A program made the translations under genes and the position numbers. Of a stretch of DNA of 58,250 nucleotides, positions 42,238-50,770 are shown one piece after another. The notes below the pieces were generated by a model. The model searched no databases. It was not told the DNA's origin and worked only from the letters and a program-made list of their open reading frames with translations. Source of the DNA: an uncultured Rubrivirga sp. (GTDB taxonomy: Bacteria > Actinomycetota > Actinomycetes > S36-B12). Each line of letters starts with the position of its first letter. Within the stretch, counting starts at the first letter, position 1. The stretch is from positions 11,192 to 69,441 of the forward strand of contig CAZJYN010000003.1 of NCBI GenBank assembly GCA_964550285.1, read 5' to 3'.

Positions 42238-42641
42238 TGACCGAAATCCCCTGTGTGGGCGCCGTGGTCTTCGACGACACCAACCGGCTTTTGCTGGTCA
42301 AACGCGCGAATCCGCCGGCGCAGGGCATGTGGTCGTTGCCCGGTGGTCGCCTGGAGTCGGGGGAGACCGCCGAGCAAGGCGTGGTGCGGGAGGTCTGTGA
42401 AGAGACCGGCTTGGTGATCGAAGTCGAACGCGAGGTTGGCACGGTGCAACGGATGGCCCCGGGCGGAGGCACGTACGTGATCCGTGACTTCCTGTGCATC
42501 GGGTCGGGGGAACCCGTTGCTGGAGACGATGCCGCCGATGCCCGATTCGTGACGGCGAGTCAATTACGCGAACTACCGACCAGCGAAGGTCTGGTCGAGG
42601 CGCTCGAGGCTTGGAATCTGCTTCCCGCTGACCTACGGTGA
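42237..42641 (+). CDS. NUDIX hydrolase
   Basis: Nudix box G-RLESG-E-TAEQGVV-REVCEETGL. Confidence 0.92.
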   Translation: MTEIPCVGAVVFDDTNRLLLVKRANPPAQGMWSLPGGRLESGETAEQGVVREVCEETGLVIEVEREVGTVQRMAPGGGTYVIRDFLCIGSGEPVAGDDAADARFVTASQLRELPTSEGLVEALEAWNLLPADLR

Positions 42642-42645
42642 CGCG

Positions 42646-43470
42646 ATGCTGGTGAAGTTGTCGGCCACGAAAGTCGGCGCGTGGCAGGACTGTCCGCGCA
42701 AGTACTTCCTCACTTACGTCGCAAAGGAGCGGCACGGAAAATCGTGGGCGCATCTGTCCTACGGCAATGCGGTGCACGGTGCCTTGCGCGAATGGTTCGA
42801 CCTGCCTGTCGAGCAACGCACCGACGATCGAATCCCCGCTCTCGTCGATGGGGCATGGACCGATGCCGGATTCCAGGACCAGGCCCAGGCAGCGAGGTGG
42901 CGAGCAACCGCAACGCAGATAGTCCGCGATTATCTGGCCGGGGTGCCATCATCCTTCGAACCGATGAGCACCGAACGCAGTCTGGCTTTCAAGACCGAAA
43001 CCTTCATCGTGGAAGGACGCATCGATCGGTTGGATGAGCTCGATGGCGAGGTGTCGGTAGTCGACTACAAGACCGGCCGATCCGCTCCCGCCGAGGACGA
43101 TGTCCGCGGATCCGCGGCGTTGGCGATGTACGCGCTTATGGTGCAGCGGACGCTGAATCGTCCTTGCTTCGACGTTGCTTTGCATCACGTACCCAGCGGC
43201 AGCCAGGTGACATGGCGGCACACTCCCCAAAGCTTGGATCGTCATCTCGACCGGATCGGCGCTCTGGCAACGGACATCGCCCGGGCTCAGGACACCTGGG
43301 AATCGACCGACCATTCCGATGAGGTGCGCGACGAACTATTCCCTGCGCAGCCCGGAGCGCTATGCGGATACTGCGATTACTGGGATATCTGTCCAAGCGG
43401 CCAACAGCAGACACGGCGACGCGAATCCTGGGAAGCGCTCGAAGGCTCCAGCGCGCGGGAGACTAGGTAG
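42646..43470 (+). CDS. PD-(D/E)XK RecB-family nuclease with a 4-Cys Fe-S staple
   Basis: CPRKY at the N-terminus, GRIDRLD and DYKTG catalytic motifs, CGYCDYWDIC at the C-terminus. Confidence 0.88.
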   Translation: MLVKLSATKVGAWQDCPRKYFLTYVAKERHGKSWAHLSYGNAVHGALREWFDLPVEQRTDDRIPALVDGAWTDAGFQDQAQAARWRATATQIVRDYLAGVPSSFEPMSTERSLAFKTETFIVEGRIDRLDELDGEVSVVDYKTGRSAPAEDDVRGSAALAMYALMVQRTLNRPCFDVALHHVPSGSQVTWRHTPQSLDRHLDRIGALATDIARAQDTWESTDHSDEVRDELFPAQPGALCGYCDYWDICPSGQQQTRRRESWEALEGSSARETR

Positions 43471-43837
43471 CCGGGATTTGCGCCCACACGCACAGTTGCT
43501 CACCGTTGCGCTCGAACCCCCACGCGGTCGTGAGCTCCTCGATCAGCAGTAGGCCACGTCCACCGGAATCATCGGCACCGGAATCGCTATCGACCCGCAC
43601 GGTGGGCTCGAAATCAGATGCGCTGCACACTCGTAGCAGTAGGCCATCGGAGCGAACGTCCGCTTGCAGCGTGATTGGCCCTCGGCCATGCCGCCATGCA
43701 TTCGTGATCAACTCGGTGGCGACCAGTTCGGCATCGATCGCCTCTTCGTTGCCGGAGAGCAGTTGACGCAGGTGCCAGCGCGCCTGACCGGGAGCCGTGG
43801 CATCGGCCGGTAACTCCCAGGTCTGTGTTGCGCTCAT
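43463..43837 (-). CDS. RsbW-like HATPase_c protein (anti-sigma/kinase-like)
   Basis: APGQAR, ELVATELITNAWRHG, GGRGLLLIEELTTAWG. Confidence 0.85.
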   Translation of the reverse strand: MSATQTWELPADATAPGQARWHLRQLLSGNEEAIDAELVATELITNAWRHGRGPITLQADVRSDGLLLRVCSASDFEPTVRVDSDSGADDSGGRGLLLIEELTTAWGFERNGEQLCVWAQIPAT

Positions 43838-43915
43838 GCTTGGCCTCCGTGCGTGCATCCGTGCGATCACCGCATCTTTACATTGGGCGTCGCATTAGGC
43901 CGCCACAATAGGTCT

Positions 43916-44662
43916 ATGGGCCGGGTCATCGCCGTCGCGAATCAAAAGGGCGGCGTTGCCAAGACAACCACCGCCATCACCGTCGCCTCCGCGCTCGCGG
44001 AATCGGGCAAGCGTGTCTTGGTGGTGGATCTAGACGCGCAGGCCTGCGCCACCTTCTCGCTGGGCATCGATCCAGAGGACCTACCGGCCGAACTGCCAAG
44101 GACCTATCTGTCCGGGGAGGGGGAGCCGCCGATCATCTCCACTGAAGAGGGGGTGGACTTGCTGCCGGCCACGATCGATCTAGCGAGCGCCGACCACGAT
44201 TTCGCAGGCGGCGCGGGCCGCGAGCGCATGCTCGAGCGGATCGTGGATCCGCTTCGGGAGGCTTATGACTACATCGTGATCGACTGTTCGCCGTCCTTGG
44301 GGCTGATGACGATCAATGCCCTCATCGCCGCTGACGAAGTCCTCGTTCCCTTGAAGTGCGAGACGCTTGCGCATCGTGGGCTCGGCCAATTGATGGAGGC
44401 CATCGAGGAGGTGCAGCGCTGGGCGAACCCGACGCTTCGCGTGGCCGGGCTGGTACCGACTTTGTTCGACGGACGAACGATGCACGCCCGCGCCATCCTC
44501 GCCGATCTCGGACCACGCTTTGAAGTCCCGGTGCTCGAGGCGATACCGCGCAGTGTGCGTTTCGCCGAGGCGCCGGCTGTCGGCCGGACGATCTTGGCGA
44601 CCGCCCCGCGCTCCGAGGGCGCTGCGGCTTACCGGCGGGTGGCTCAGGCCTTGGATTCCTGA
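43916..44662 (+). CDS. Orphan ParA/Soj family ATPase
   Basis: NQKGGVAKTTT, DLDAQ, IDCSPSLG, IPRSVRFAEAP. Confidence 0.92.
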   Translation: MGRVIAVANQKGGVAKTTTAITVASALAESGKRVLVVDLDAQACATFSLGIDPEDLPAELPRTYLSGEGEPPIISTEEGVDLLPATIDLASADHDFAGGAGRERMLERIVDPLREAYDYIVIDCSPSLGLMTINALIAADEVLVPLKCETLAHRGLGQLMEAIEEVQRWANPTLRVAGLVPTLFDGRTMHARAILADLGPRFEVPVLEAIPRSVRFAEAPAVGRTILATAPRSEGAAAYRRVAQALDS

Positions 44663-46194
44663 CCGCCGCGGGTGCGTCGACGGCGCCGCTGCGGTTTGCT
44701 TGCCGCAGCATCGCTCGCGCCGTTACCCGACGAACTCTTAACCGACGTGCTCTTGCCCGACGAACTCTTCCGCCGTGGCTTGTCATCGCCGGAACGACGA
44801 CGTTGGTCCGGCTTCTTGTCCGAACGTGGACGCTTGCCGGTCTCGCCGATGTCCTCTACCTGTTCGGCATCGAGGCCCGCGCGTGTGCGTTGGCTCTTGG
44901 GCAGCCGACCGGCAGCACCCTCGGGGATACCGAGGCCGGTGTAGACGTGCGGGCTCGTCGAGTACGTCTCGATGGGGTCCTTGAAGGGCAACTTGAGCGC
45001 TCGATCGATCATCTGCCAGCGCGCGATGTCCTCCCAGTCAACGAGGGTCACGGCTACCCCGGAGGCCCCGGCGCGACCTGTGCGACCGATCCGGTGCAGA
45101 TACGTCTTCTCATCATCCGGGCATTCGTAGTTGATGACGTGGGTGACACCGTCGACATCGATGCCGCGAGCTGCCACATCCGTGGCGACGAGGATGTCGA
45201 CCTTGCCGGCCCGGAACGCACGAAGGGCTTGTTCCCGGGCACCTTGGCCGAGGTCACCGTGGACGGAGCCGACGGCGAACCCGCGCTCGGTGAGTTCGTC
45301 GGTGATCTTTTGTGCCTTGCGCTTAGTGCGGGTGAAGATCATCGACAACCCACGACCCTCTGCCTGCATCACCCGCGCGATGAGTTCGATCTTGTCCATC
45401 GGGTGGGCACGCCACACGTGCTGCTCGATGGCATCGACGGTCGCGGTCTCGTCGCCCGGATCCGCTGCGCGGATATGGGTCGGCTGATTCATGTAACGGC
45501 GAGCGAGGGAAACGATCTGACCGGGCATGGTCGCCGAGAACAGCATCGTCTGCCGGTTACTCGACACCATCGCGACGATTCGTTCGACATCGGGCAAGAA
45601 GCCCATGTCCAGCATCTCGTCGGCCTCATCGAGCACGAGTTCGCGAACGCACGACAAATCGAGTTCCCCGCGCTGGGCGAGGTCGATGATGCGCCCGGGG
45701 GTTCCGACCACTACGTCCACTCCGGCATGCAACGCATCGATCTGGGGCTCGTAGGCGCGACCGCCGTAGACGGACAACACCCGGATCCCTAAGTTCTTGC
45801 CGGCCCGATCGATATCGGTGGCGACCTGGGACGCGAGTTCGCGAGTGGGGCAGATGATCAACCCCTGCGGCTTTCCCTGCGCCGCCTCGGGCAACTCGGC
45901 GTACTGGGGTGTATTCGGTGCCGCGATGCGCTGGATGAGCGGGAGCCCGAAGCCGAGCGTCTTGCCCGTGCCGGTCTTTGCTTGCCCGATGATGTCCCGG
46001 CCCTCGAGGGCCATGCCCAGGCACATCTCCTGGATGGGGAATGCGGTGGTGATGCCGTGGGCGGATAACGCGTCGACCACAGGTGCGATCACGCCCAGTT
46101 CGGCGAAGGTAGGGGCTTGAAGCGTCGACTCCTCGGAGTCGATCGTTGGGGTTGTTGCCGCGTCTTGGGGTGCGGTCTGGCTTGTGTTACTCAG
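44644..46194 (-). CDS. DEAD-box RNA helicase
   Basis: Q motif FAELG..IQE, AKTGTGKT, PTRELA, DEAD, SAT, HRIGRTGR; basic C-tail. Start is CTG 46194 (SD AGGAG) or GTG 46230. Confidence 0.95.
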   Translation of the reverse strand: MSNTSQTAPQDAATTPTIDSEESTLQAPTFAELGVIAPVVDALSAHGITTAFPIQEMCLGMALEGRDIIGQAKTGTGKTLGFGLPLIQRIAAPNTPQYAELPEAAQGKPQGLIICPTRELASQVATDIDRAGKNLGIRVLSVYGGRAYEPQIDALHAGVDVVVGTPGRIIDLAQRGELDLSCVRELVLDEADEMLDMGFLPDVERIVAMVSSNRQTMLFSATMPGQIVSLARRYMNQPTHIRAADPGDETATVDAIEQHVWRAHPMDKIELIARVMQAEGRGLSMIFTRTKRKAQKITDELTERGFAVGSVHGDLGQGAREQALRAFRAGKVDILVATDVAARGIDVDGVTHVINYECPDDEKTYLHRIGRTGRAGASGVAVTLVDWEDIARWQMIDRALKLPFKDPIETYSTSPHVYTGLGIPEGAAGRLPKSQRTRAGLDAEQVEDIGETGKRPRSDKKPDQRRRSGDDKPRRKSSSGKSTSVKSSSGNGASDAAASKPQRRRRRTRGGQESKA

Positions 46195-46303
46195 GGGAAC
46201 TCCTGTGTTGAGGGCGGACGCACAGCCCACCCGAGGGGATCGATCGACGATCGACGGCGGAAACCGATGCTCCGCAACCCTTCAACTGTACCCTGACGGC
46301 ACC

Positions 46304-47011
46304 ATGATCGACGGATCCACTCCCTTCGAGGCCACCGATGCGGCCCTGCTCGATGCGCAGTACCGCGCCGCGCTGGTGGATCTGTTCGGGGTGCTGGCAT
46401 ACGGCGAACTCGGTGCATTCGAGCGCCTAGCGGCCGACGCCGCGATGGCCCCGCGCATCACCGACAAAGCGGCGCTGGCCGGAATGGCCACCGCGGAGTA
46501 CCGCCATTTCCTAGCCCTGAGCGATCGGCTCACGGACTTGGGTGTCGATCCGGAACAGGCGATGGAGCCGTTTCGCCGACCGATCGACGAGTTCCATGCG
46601 CACACCAAGCCAGCGGACTGGCTCGAGGGACTCGTGAAGGCCTACGTCGGCGACGGAATCGCGCTCGACTTCTACCGCGAGATCTCGGCGTACGTGGATC
46701 CGGCGAGCCGCGAACTGGTCATCTCCACCTGCGAGGACCTGGGTCAATCCGTATTCGTCGTCGATCGGGTGCGCTCTGCTATCGACGCCGATCCACGGGT
46801 GGCCGGCCGCTTGGCGCTGTGGGGTCGACGCTTGGTTGGTGAAGCGCTCTCGCAGGCTCAACGGGTCGCCGCTGAGCGTGACGCGCTCAGCACGCTCTTG
46901 GTCGGCGGGACGGACAGACCCGGCGTCGACCTCGCTGAGATCGGCCGCATGCTGGCGCGACTGACCGAGAACCATTCTCGGCGGATGCAAGAACTCGGTC
47001 TGGCGGCCTGA
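46304..47011 (+). CDS. Ferritin-like fold protein (MiaE-like)
   Basis: LAYGELGAFERLA, AEYRHF, EGLVKAYVGDGIALDFY; usual DEAD-helicase neighbour. Confidence 0.85.
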   Translation: MIDGSTPFEATDAALLDAQYRAALVDLFGVLAYGELGAFERLAADAAMAPRITDKAALAGMATAEYRHFLALSDRLTDLGVDPEQAMEPFRRPIDEFHAHTKPADWLEGLVKAYVGDGIALDFYREISAYVDPASRELVISTCEDLGQSVFVVDRVRSAIDADPRVAGRLALWGRRLVGEALSQAQRVAAERDALSTLLVGGTDRPGVDLAEIGRMLARLTENHSRRMQELGLAA

Positions 47012-47038
47012 CTTCGCTAGTCGAGAACCAGTCGGGTT

Positions 47039-47266
47039 CTAGGCGAGCGAGCCGAAGCCGACCTTGCGGCTGGCCGAGGGGCCGATCTCCACGTACGCGA
47101 TCTTCGCGGCCGGCACGAGCACGGTGCGGCCTCGGTCGTCGGTCAATGACAGCAGGGCGCCGTCGCTGACAGCCTTTTCCACGGTCGCTTGGATCGACTC
47201 GTGTGATTCCGCGCTGTCTATGGCGATCTCCCGTGGCGAATCGGTGACACCGATCTTGATCTCCAA
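47039..47266 (-). CDS. DUF3107 protein
   Basis: EIKIGV..SPREI, LSLTDDRGRTVLVP..KIAYVEIG...RKVGF; TTG start. Confidence 0.9.
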   Translation of the reverse strand: MEIKIGVTDSPREIAIDSAESHESIQATVEKAVSDGALLSLTDDRGRTVLVPAAKIAYVEIGPSASRKVGFGSLA

Positions 47267-47364
47267 CGTTCCACACCTCTTCTTTTTCGACGACAAGCGA
47301 CTTGCTGGCGCCTGACCGCAGACTACGTGCTCGAACCGGTAGGCGCGATCCGACTGGAGCTTCG

Positions 47365-47997
47365 TTACTCCGCGGGGGGATGGGAAAGCGGGAAGCTTCG
47401 GATGCCCCGCCAGGCCAGCGCGGAGACGAGATCGGCTGCCTCGTCGATGGGGGTGCGGGGCTCAGCGGAGTACAGCCAGCGCGTCGCCGCCACCTGGGCC
47501 AGGCCCTGCAAGCCCGATCCGAGCAACATCGCCTGCTCGGGACGCAAACCGGTATCGGTGGAGATGACGTCGGCGATCTTCGCCGCGATCGCTTCGTGCG
47601 CTCGATCAACGCGTTCGCGCACGGCTGATTCGTTCATGACGTCGCTTTCGAAAACCAACCGGTACGCGCTGCCCTGGTCGGCGACGAAGGAGAAGTAGGC
47701 GCGCATCGTCGCCCGGACGCGTTCCTTGTTGTCGGTGGTGCTTTGAAGTGCCTCGTCAGCCGAACTCAACAATTCGGCGATGCCACCGTCCAGAAGTGCG
47801 AGGTATAACTCGAGCTTGCTCGGGAAGTGCTGATAGACCACCGGTTTGGAGACCCCCGCGGCATCGGCGATCTCGTCCATGCCCGCAGCGTGATACCCCC
47901 GCTCGACGAACACTTGCCGGGCGACGCTCATTACCTGTTCGCGACGTTGCTCGCGGGGCAGACGGGTGCCGCGCGCTGTCTCCATCGCACTGGTCAT
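47365..47997 (-). CDS. TetR/AcrR family regulator
   Basis: HTH GYHAAGMDEIADAAGVSKPVVYQHFPSK. Confidence 0.94.
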   Translation of the reverse strand: MTSAMETARGTRLPREQRREQVMSVARQVFVERGYHAAGMDEIADAAGVSKPVVYQHFPSKLELYLALLDGGIAELLSSADEALQSTTDNKERVRATMRAYFSFVADQGSAYRLVFESDVMNESAVRERVDRAHEAIAAKIADVISTDTGLRPEQAMLLGSGLQGLAQVAATRWLYSAEPRTPIDEAADLVSALAWRGIRSFPLSHPPAE

Positions 47998-48036
47998 GCC
48001 TGCAGGCTAGCCCCCCGGAAGCATTAGGCTCCAGGC

Positions 48037-48942
48037 ATGAGCGCTGTCGAGGCCGCGCTGAGTGTCGACGACCTCACCGTCACCTACGGCAAGGCGCGCG
48101 GTATTTCGGGGATCACCCTGGAGGTGCCAACGGGTCAAGTCACCGGATTACTTGGCCCCAACGGAGCAGGCAAGACCACGCTATTGCGGGCAGCGCTGGA
48201 TCTCGTCCACCCGACCAGCGGCAGCGTGCGCATCCTCGGCGTGGACTCCACAGACCCGACCGCGCGCGCACACATCGCGTATCTGCCAGGCGACCTGCTG
48301 CTTCCCGGTCGGTTGACGGGCTGGTCGGTCCTACGCCGATACACAGCCGCCCGCGGCGGGCTCAGTCACGATCGTGTTGTCGATCTTGCGCAACGATTGG
48401 ACCTGGATCTGTCACGACCGGTGGGCCAGTTGTCCAAGGGCAATCGGCAGAAGGTCGGCCTGATCCTGGCATTCGCTTCGGAGTCGAGATTGCTGCTGCT
48501 CGATGAACCGACTTCCGGCCTAGACCCGCTCTTGCAGCGCGAGTTCGCGACGTTGGTGCGCACGGCCGTGGCCGACGGCGCGGGGGTATTGCTCTCGAGT
48601 CACGTGCTGTCCGAACTGGAGGGGCTGGCCGATCGCGTTGCGGTGCTGCGAGATGGCGCCCTCGTCGCGGTGGAGAGCATTACCGATCTGCGCGCCCGAG
48701 CAGCGGCGATGATCCGCCTTCGCTTCGCATCGATCGAGCAGGCGCGTGGCTTCGCCTCCAGCGTGATCGCCGAGAGCGTCGACCAACAAGATGACGGTGT
48801 CACCGTCAATGTCACTTTCACCGGCGATGTCGATTCCATCATCAAGACTGCTGCAAGATTCCACGTAACGTCATTGGAGTCCACTGCCGGCGAGTTGGAC
48901 GATGTATTCCTCGGCTTCTACACCGCAGACGTCGAGTCATGA
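48037..48942 (+). CDS. ABC-2 type exporter ATP-binding protein
   Basis: GPNGAGKTT, LSKGNRQK, LDEPTSGLDP, SSH. Confidence 0.93.
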   Translation: MSAVEAALSVDDLTVTYGKARGISGITLEVPTGQVTGLLGPNGAGKTTLLRAALDLVHPTSGSVRILGVDSTDPTARAHIAYLPGDLLLPGRLTGWSVLRRYTAARGGLSHDRVVDLAQRLDLDLSRPVGQLSKGNRQKVGLILAFASESRLLLLDEPTSGLDPLLQREFATLVRTAVADGAGVLLSSHVLSELEGLADRVAVLRDGALVAVESITDLRARAAAMIRLRFASIEQARGFASSVIAESVDQQDDGVTVNVTFTGDVDSIIKTAARFHVTSLESTAGELDDVFLGFYTADVES

Positions 48943-49739
48943 ACGGCACTTGGACGTTCTTCGCCTCGGACCTTCGGCTCCGGACGCGATCGCTGTTGTG
49001 GTGGTGCCTGGGCATCGTCGCCTTGGTCGTCTTGGTCGATGCCTTCTATCCGAGCATCGCCGGCGATCCAGCGCTGGATCAAATGATGTCGGAGTTGCCC
49101 GAAGCCCTGCGACCGCTCATCGGCCCAGACGACCTCACCTCGCCAATCGGCTACTTGGCAAGTCAGCTGTACCTGTTTTTCCTACCCACGGTGATCTTGG
49201 TTTTCGGGATCGGACGAGGAACATCGGCAATAGCCGGGGAAGAAGAGGACCACACCCTTGACCTGCTGCTGTCGGGGCCGGTCAGCCGCACTTCGCTTTA
49301 CCTGCAAAAGGCGCTGGGGGTGGTGTTCGGCATCGCCGTGCTGAGCATCGTCTCCCTGCTTCCCACACTGCTGTTGGCCGGACCGACGGGGCTGGACATA
49401 CCGATCGATGCTCTGGTCTCGGTGACGGTGCAAATGTTCGCCTTCTTGCTGTTGTTCTCCATGCTGGCCATGTCCGTTTCCGCGGCCGTTGGACGGAAGG
49501 GGTTGGGCATCGCCGTTTCGGCTGGAATCGCCTTCGGGACGTTCCTGATCGACGGCCTTGGTCAGTCCATCGAATGGTTGGAACCGTTGCGCGATCTCAC
49601 TCCATGGCGGTGGTACGACGCCACCGCTGCCATGAAGGAAGGATTCCTGCCCGGCCCACTGGCCATCCTCGTCGTTGCCACCGTCATCGTGACTGCCGTG
49701 GGGCTACTCGTGTTCCGAAGGCGTAACCTGCGAGCGTGA
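48939..49739 (+). CDS. ABC-2 type permease
   Basis: 6 TM helices, AGEEEDHTLDLLLSGPVSR, ATGA overlap with the ATPase. Confidence 0.88.
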   Translation: MNGTWTFFASDLRLRTRSLLWWCLGIVALVVLVDAFYPSIAGDPALDQMMSELPEALRPLIGPDDLTSPIGYLASQLYLFFLPTVILVFGIGRGTSAIAGEEEDHTLDLLLSGPVSRTSLYLQKALGVVFGIAVLSIVSLLPTLLLAGPTGLDIPIDALVSVTVQMFAFLLLFSMLAMSVSAAVGRKGLGIAVSAGIAFGTFLIDGLGQSIEWLEPLRDLTPWRWYDATAAMKEGFLPGPLAILVVATVIVTAVGLLVFRRRNLRA

Positions 49740-50662
49740 ACCAGAGGCTGGAACCACCTACGTCGCCCTTCGAACGGCATGAGTCGCTGTTGACCGAGCG
49801 ATCGTTGGCCTATCGGCATGCACCGTCGCTCGAGGCGGGGGCACCGGCAGCCGTTTTCTTACACGGACTCGGCGGCTCGGCGCTGAACTGGACGGATTTC
49901 ATGGGGCGAATGCGTTCGCAGTTGGACTGCTACGCCATCGATCTGCATGGCTTCGGCGCGTCTCCACCGCCGCGCGACGGTGACATGTCGCCCGCCGGTC
50001 ATGCGCGGGCGGTCACCGACTTCATCGTCGAGCACGAACTCGGCCCGGTCCATCTATTCGGCAATTCCATGGGCGGCGCCATCGCGGTGCAACTCGCTGC
50101 CCGTCGGCCCGATCTTGCGCGAAGTCTCACCCTCATCTCACCGGCCTTGCCCAACCTGCGCTACGCCACCAAGGGCAATGTCCACCTGCCGGTTATCTCG
50201 GTGCCCGGAATCGGGGAGCGACTGATCCCGAAGTTCGTGGAAACGACTACCCCCGAACAACGGATGCAAGCCACGATCGATGGCACCTTCGCCGATCCAT
50301 CACGGCTCTCGGATGTGCGTTTCGCCGAGGCCGTCGAGGAAATCCGAATGCGCGATGCCCGCCCATACGCCCACGATGCATTCCTGCAATCCCTGCGCGG
50401 CCTGCTGCGTACCTATCTCGATCGCGGCGGGAACCGGCCCTGGAAGCTCGCGGAGCGGATCCAAGCACCCACGCTGCTGGTGTACGGGCGCAAGGATCCA
50501 CTCGTGGATTCGCGTACCGCCCACCGGGCCACCAAGCGCTTCCCCAACGCGCACGTCGTGGTGTTGCCCGACAGTGGCCACGTAGCGCAGATGGAGCACC
50601 CGGAGTTCGTCGAAGCCGCCTGGGATCGCTTCATCGCCCCGAGCGTCGCGCTCGCTGGGTAG
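49736..50662 (+). CDS. Alpha/beta hydrolase
   Basis: HGLGG, DLHGFG, GNSMGG nucleophile, DPLV, GHVAQMEHP. Confidence 0.92.
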   Translation: MNQRLEPPTSPFERHESLLTERSLAYRHAPSLEAGAPAAVFLHGLGGSALNWTDFMGRMRSQLDCYAIDLHGFGASPPPRDGDMSPAGHARAVTDFIVEHELGPVHLFGNSMGGAIAVQLAARRPDLARSLTLISPALPNLRYATKGNVHLPVISVPGIGERLIPKFVETTTPEQRMQATIDGTFADPSRLSDVRFAEAVEEIRMRDARPYAHDAFLQSLRGLLRTYLDRGGNRPWKLAERIQAPTLLVYGRKDPLVDSRTAHRATKRFPNAHVVVLPDSGHVAQMEHPEFVEAAWDRFIAPSVALAG

Positions 50663-50687
50663 TAACCCGCTCCTCCTTCCCGGAAAG

Positions 50688-50696
50688 TTATCCACA
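50688..50696 (+). promoter_or_regulatory. Perfect DnaA box flanked by CCCGGAAA direct repeats
   Basis: TTATCCACA; CCCGGAAA at 50679-50686 and 50698-50705; upstream of the tad operon. Confidence 0.5.
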
Positions 50697-50770
50697 GCCC
50701 GGAAATCGGGTCTATTCGGCGCGCTGCGCCGCCACTTAACGTCGACGACGGCCAACGGAAAGGGTCGTCG

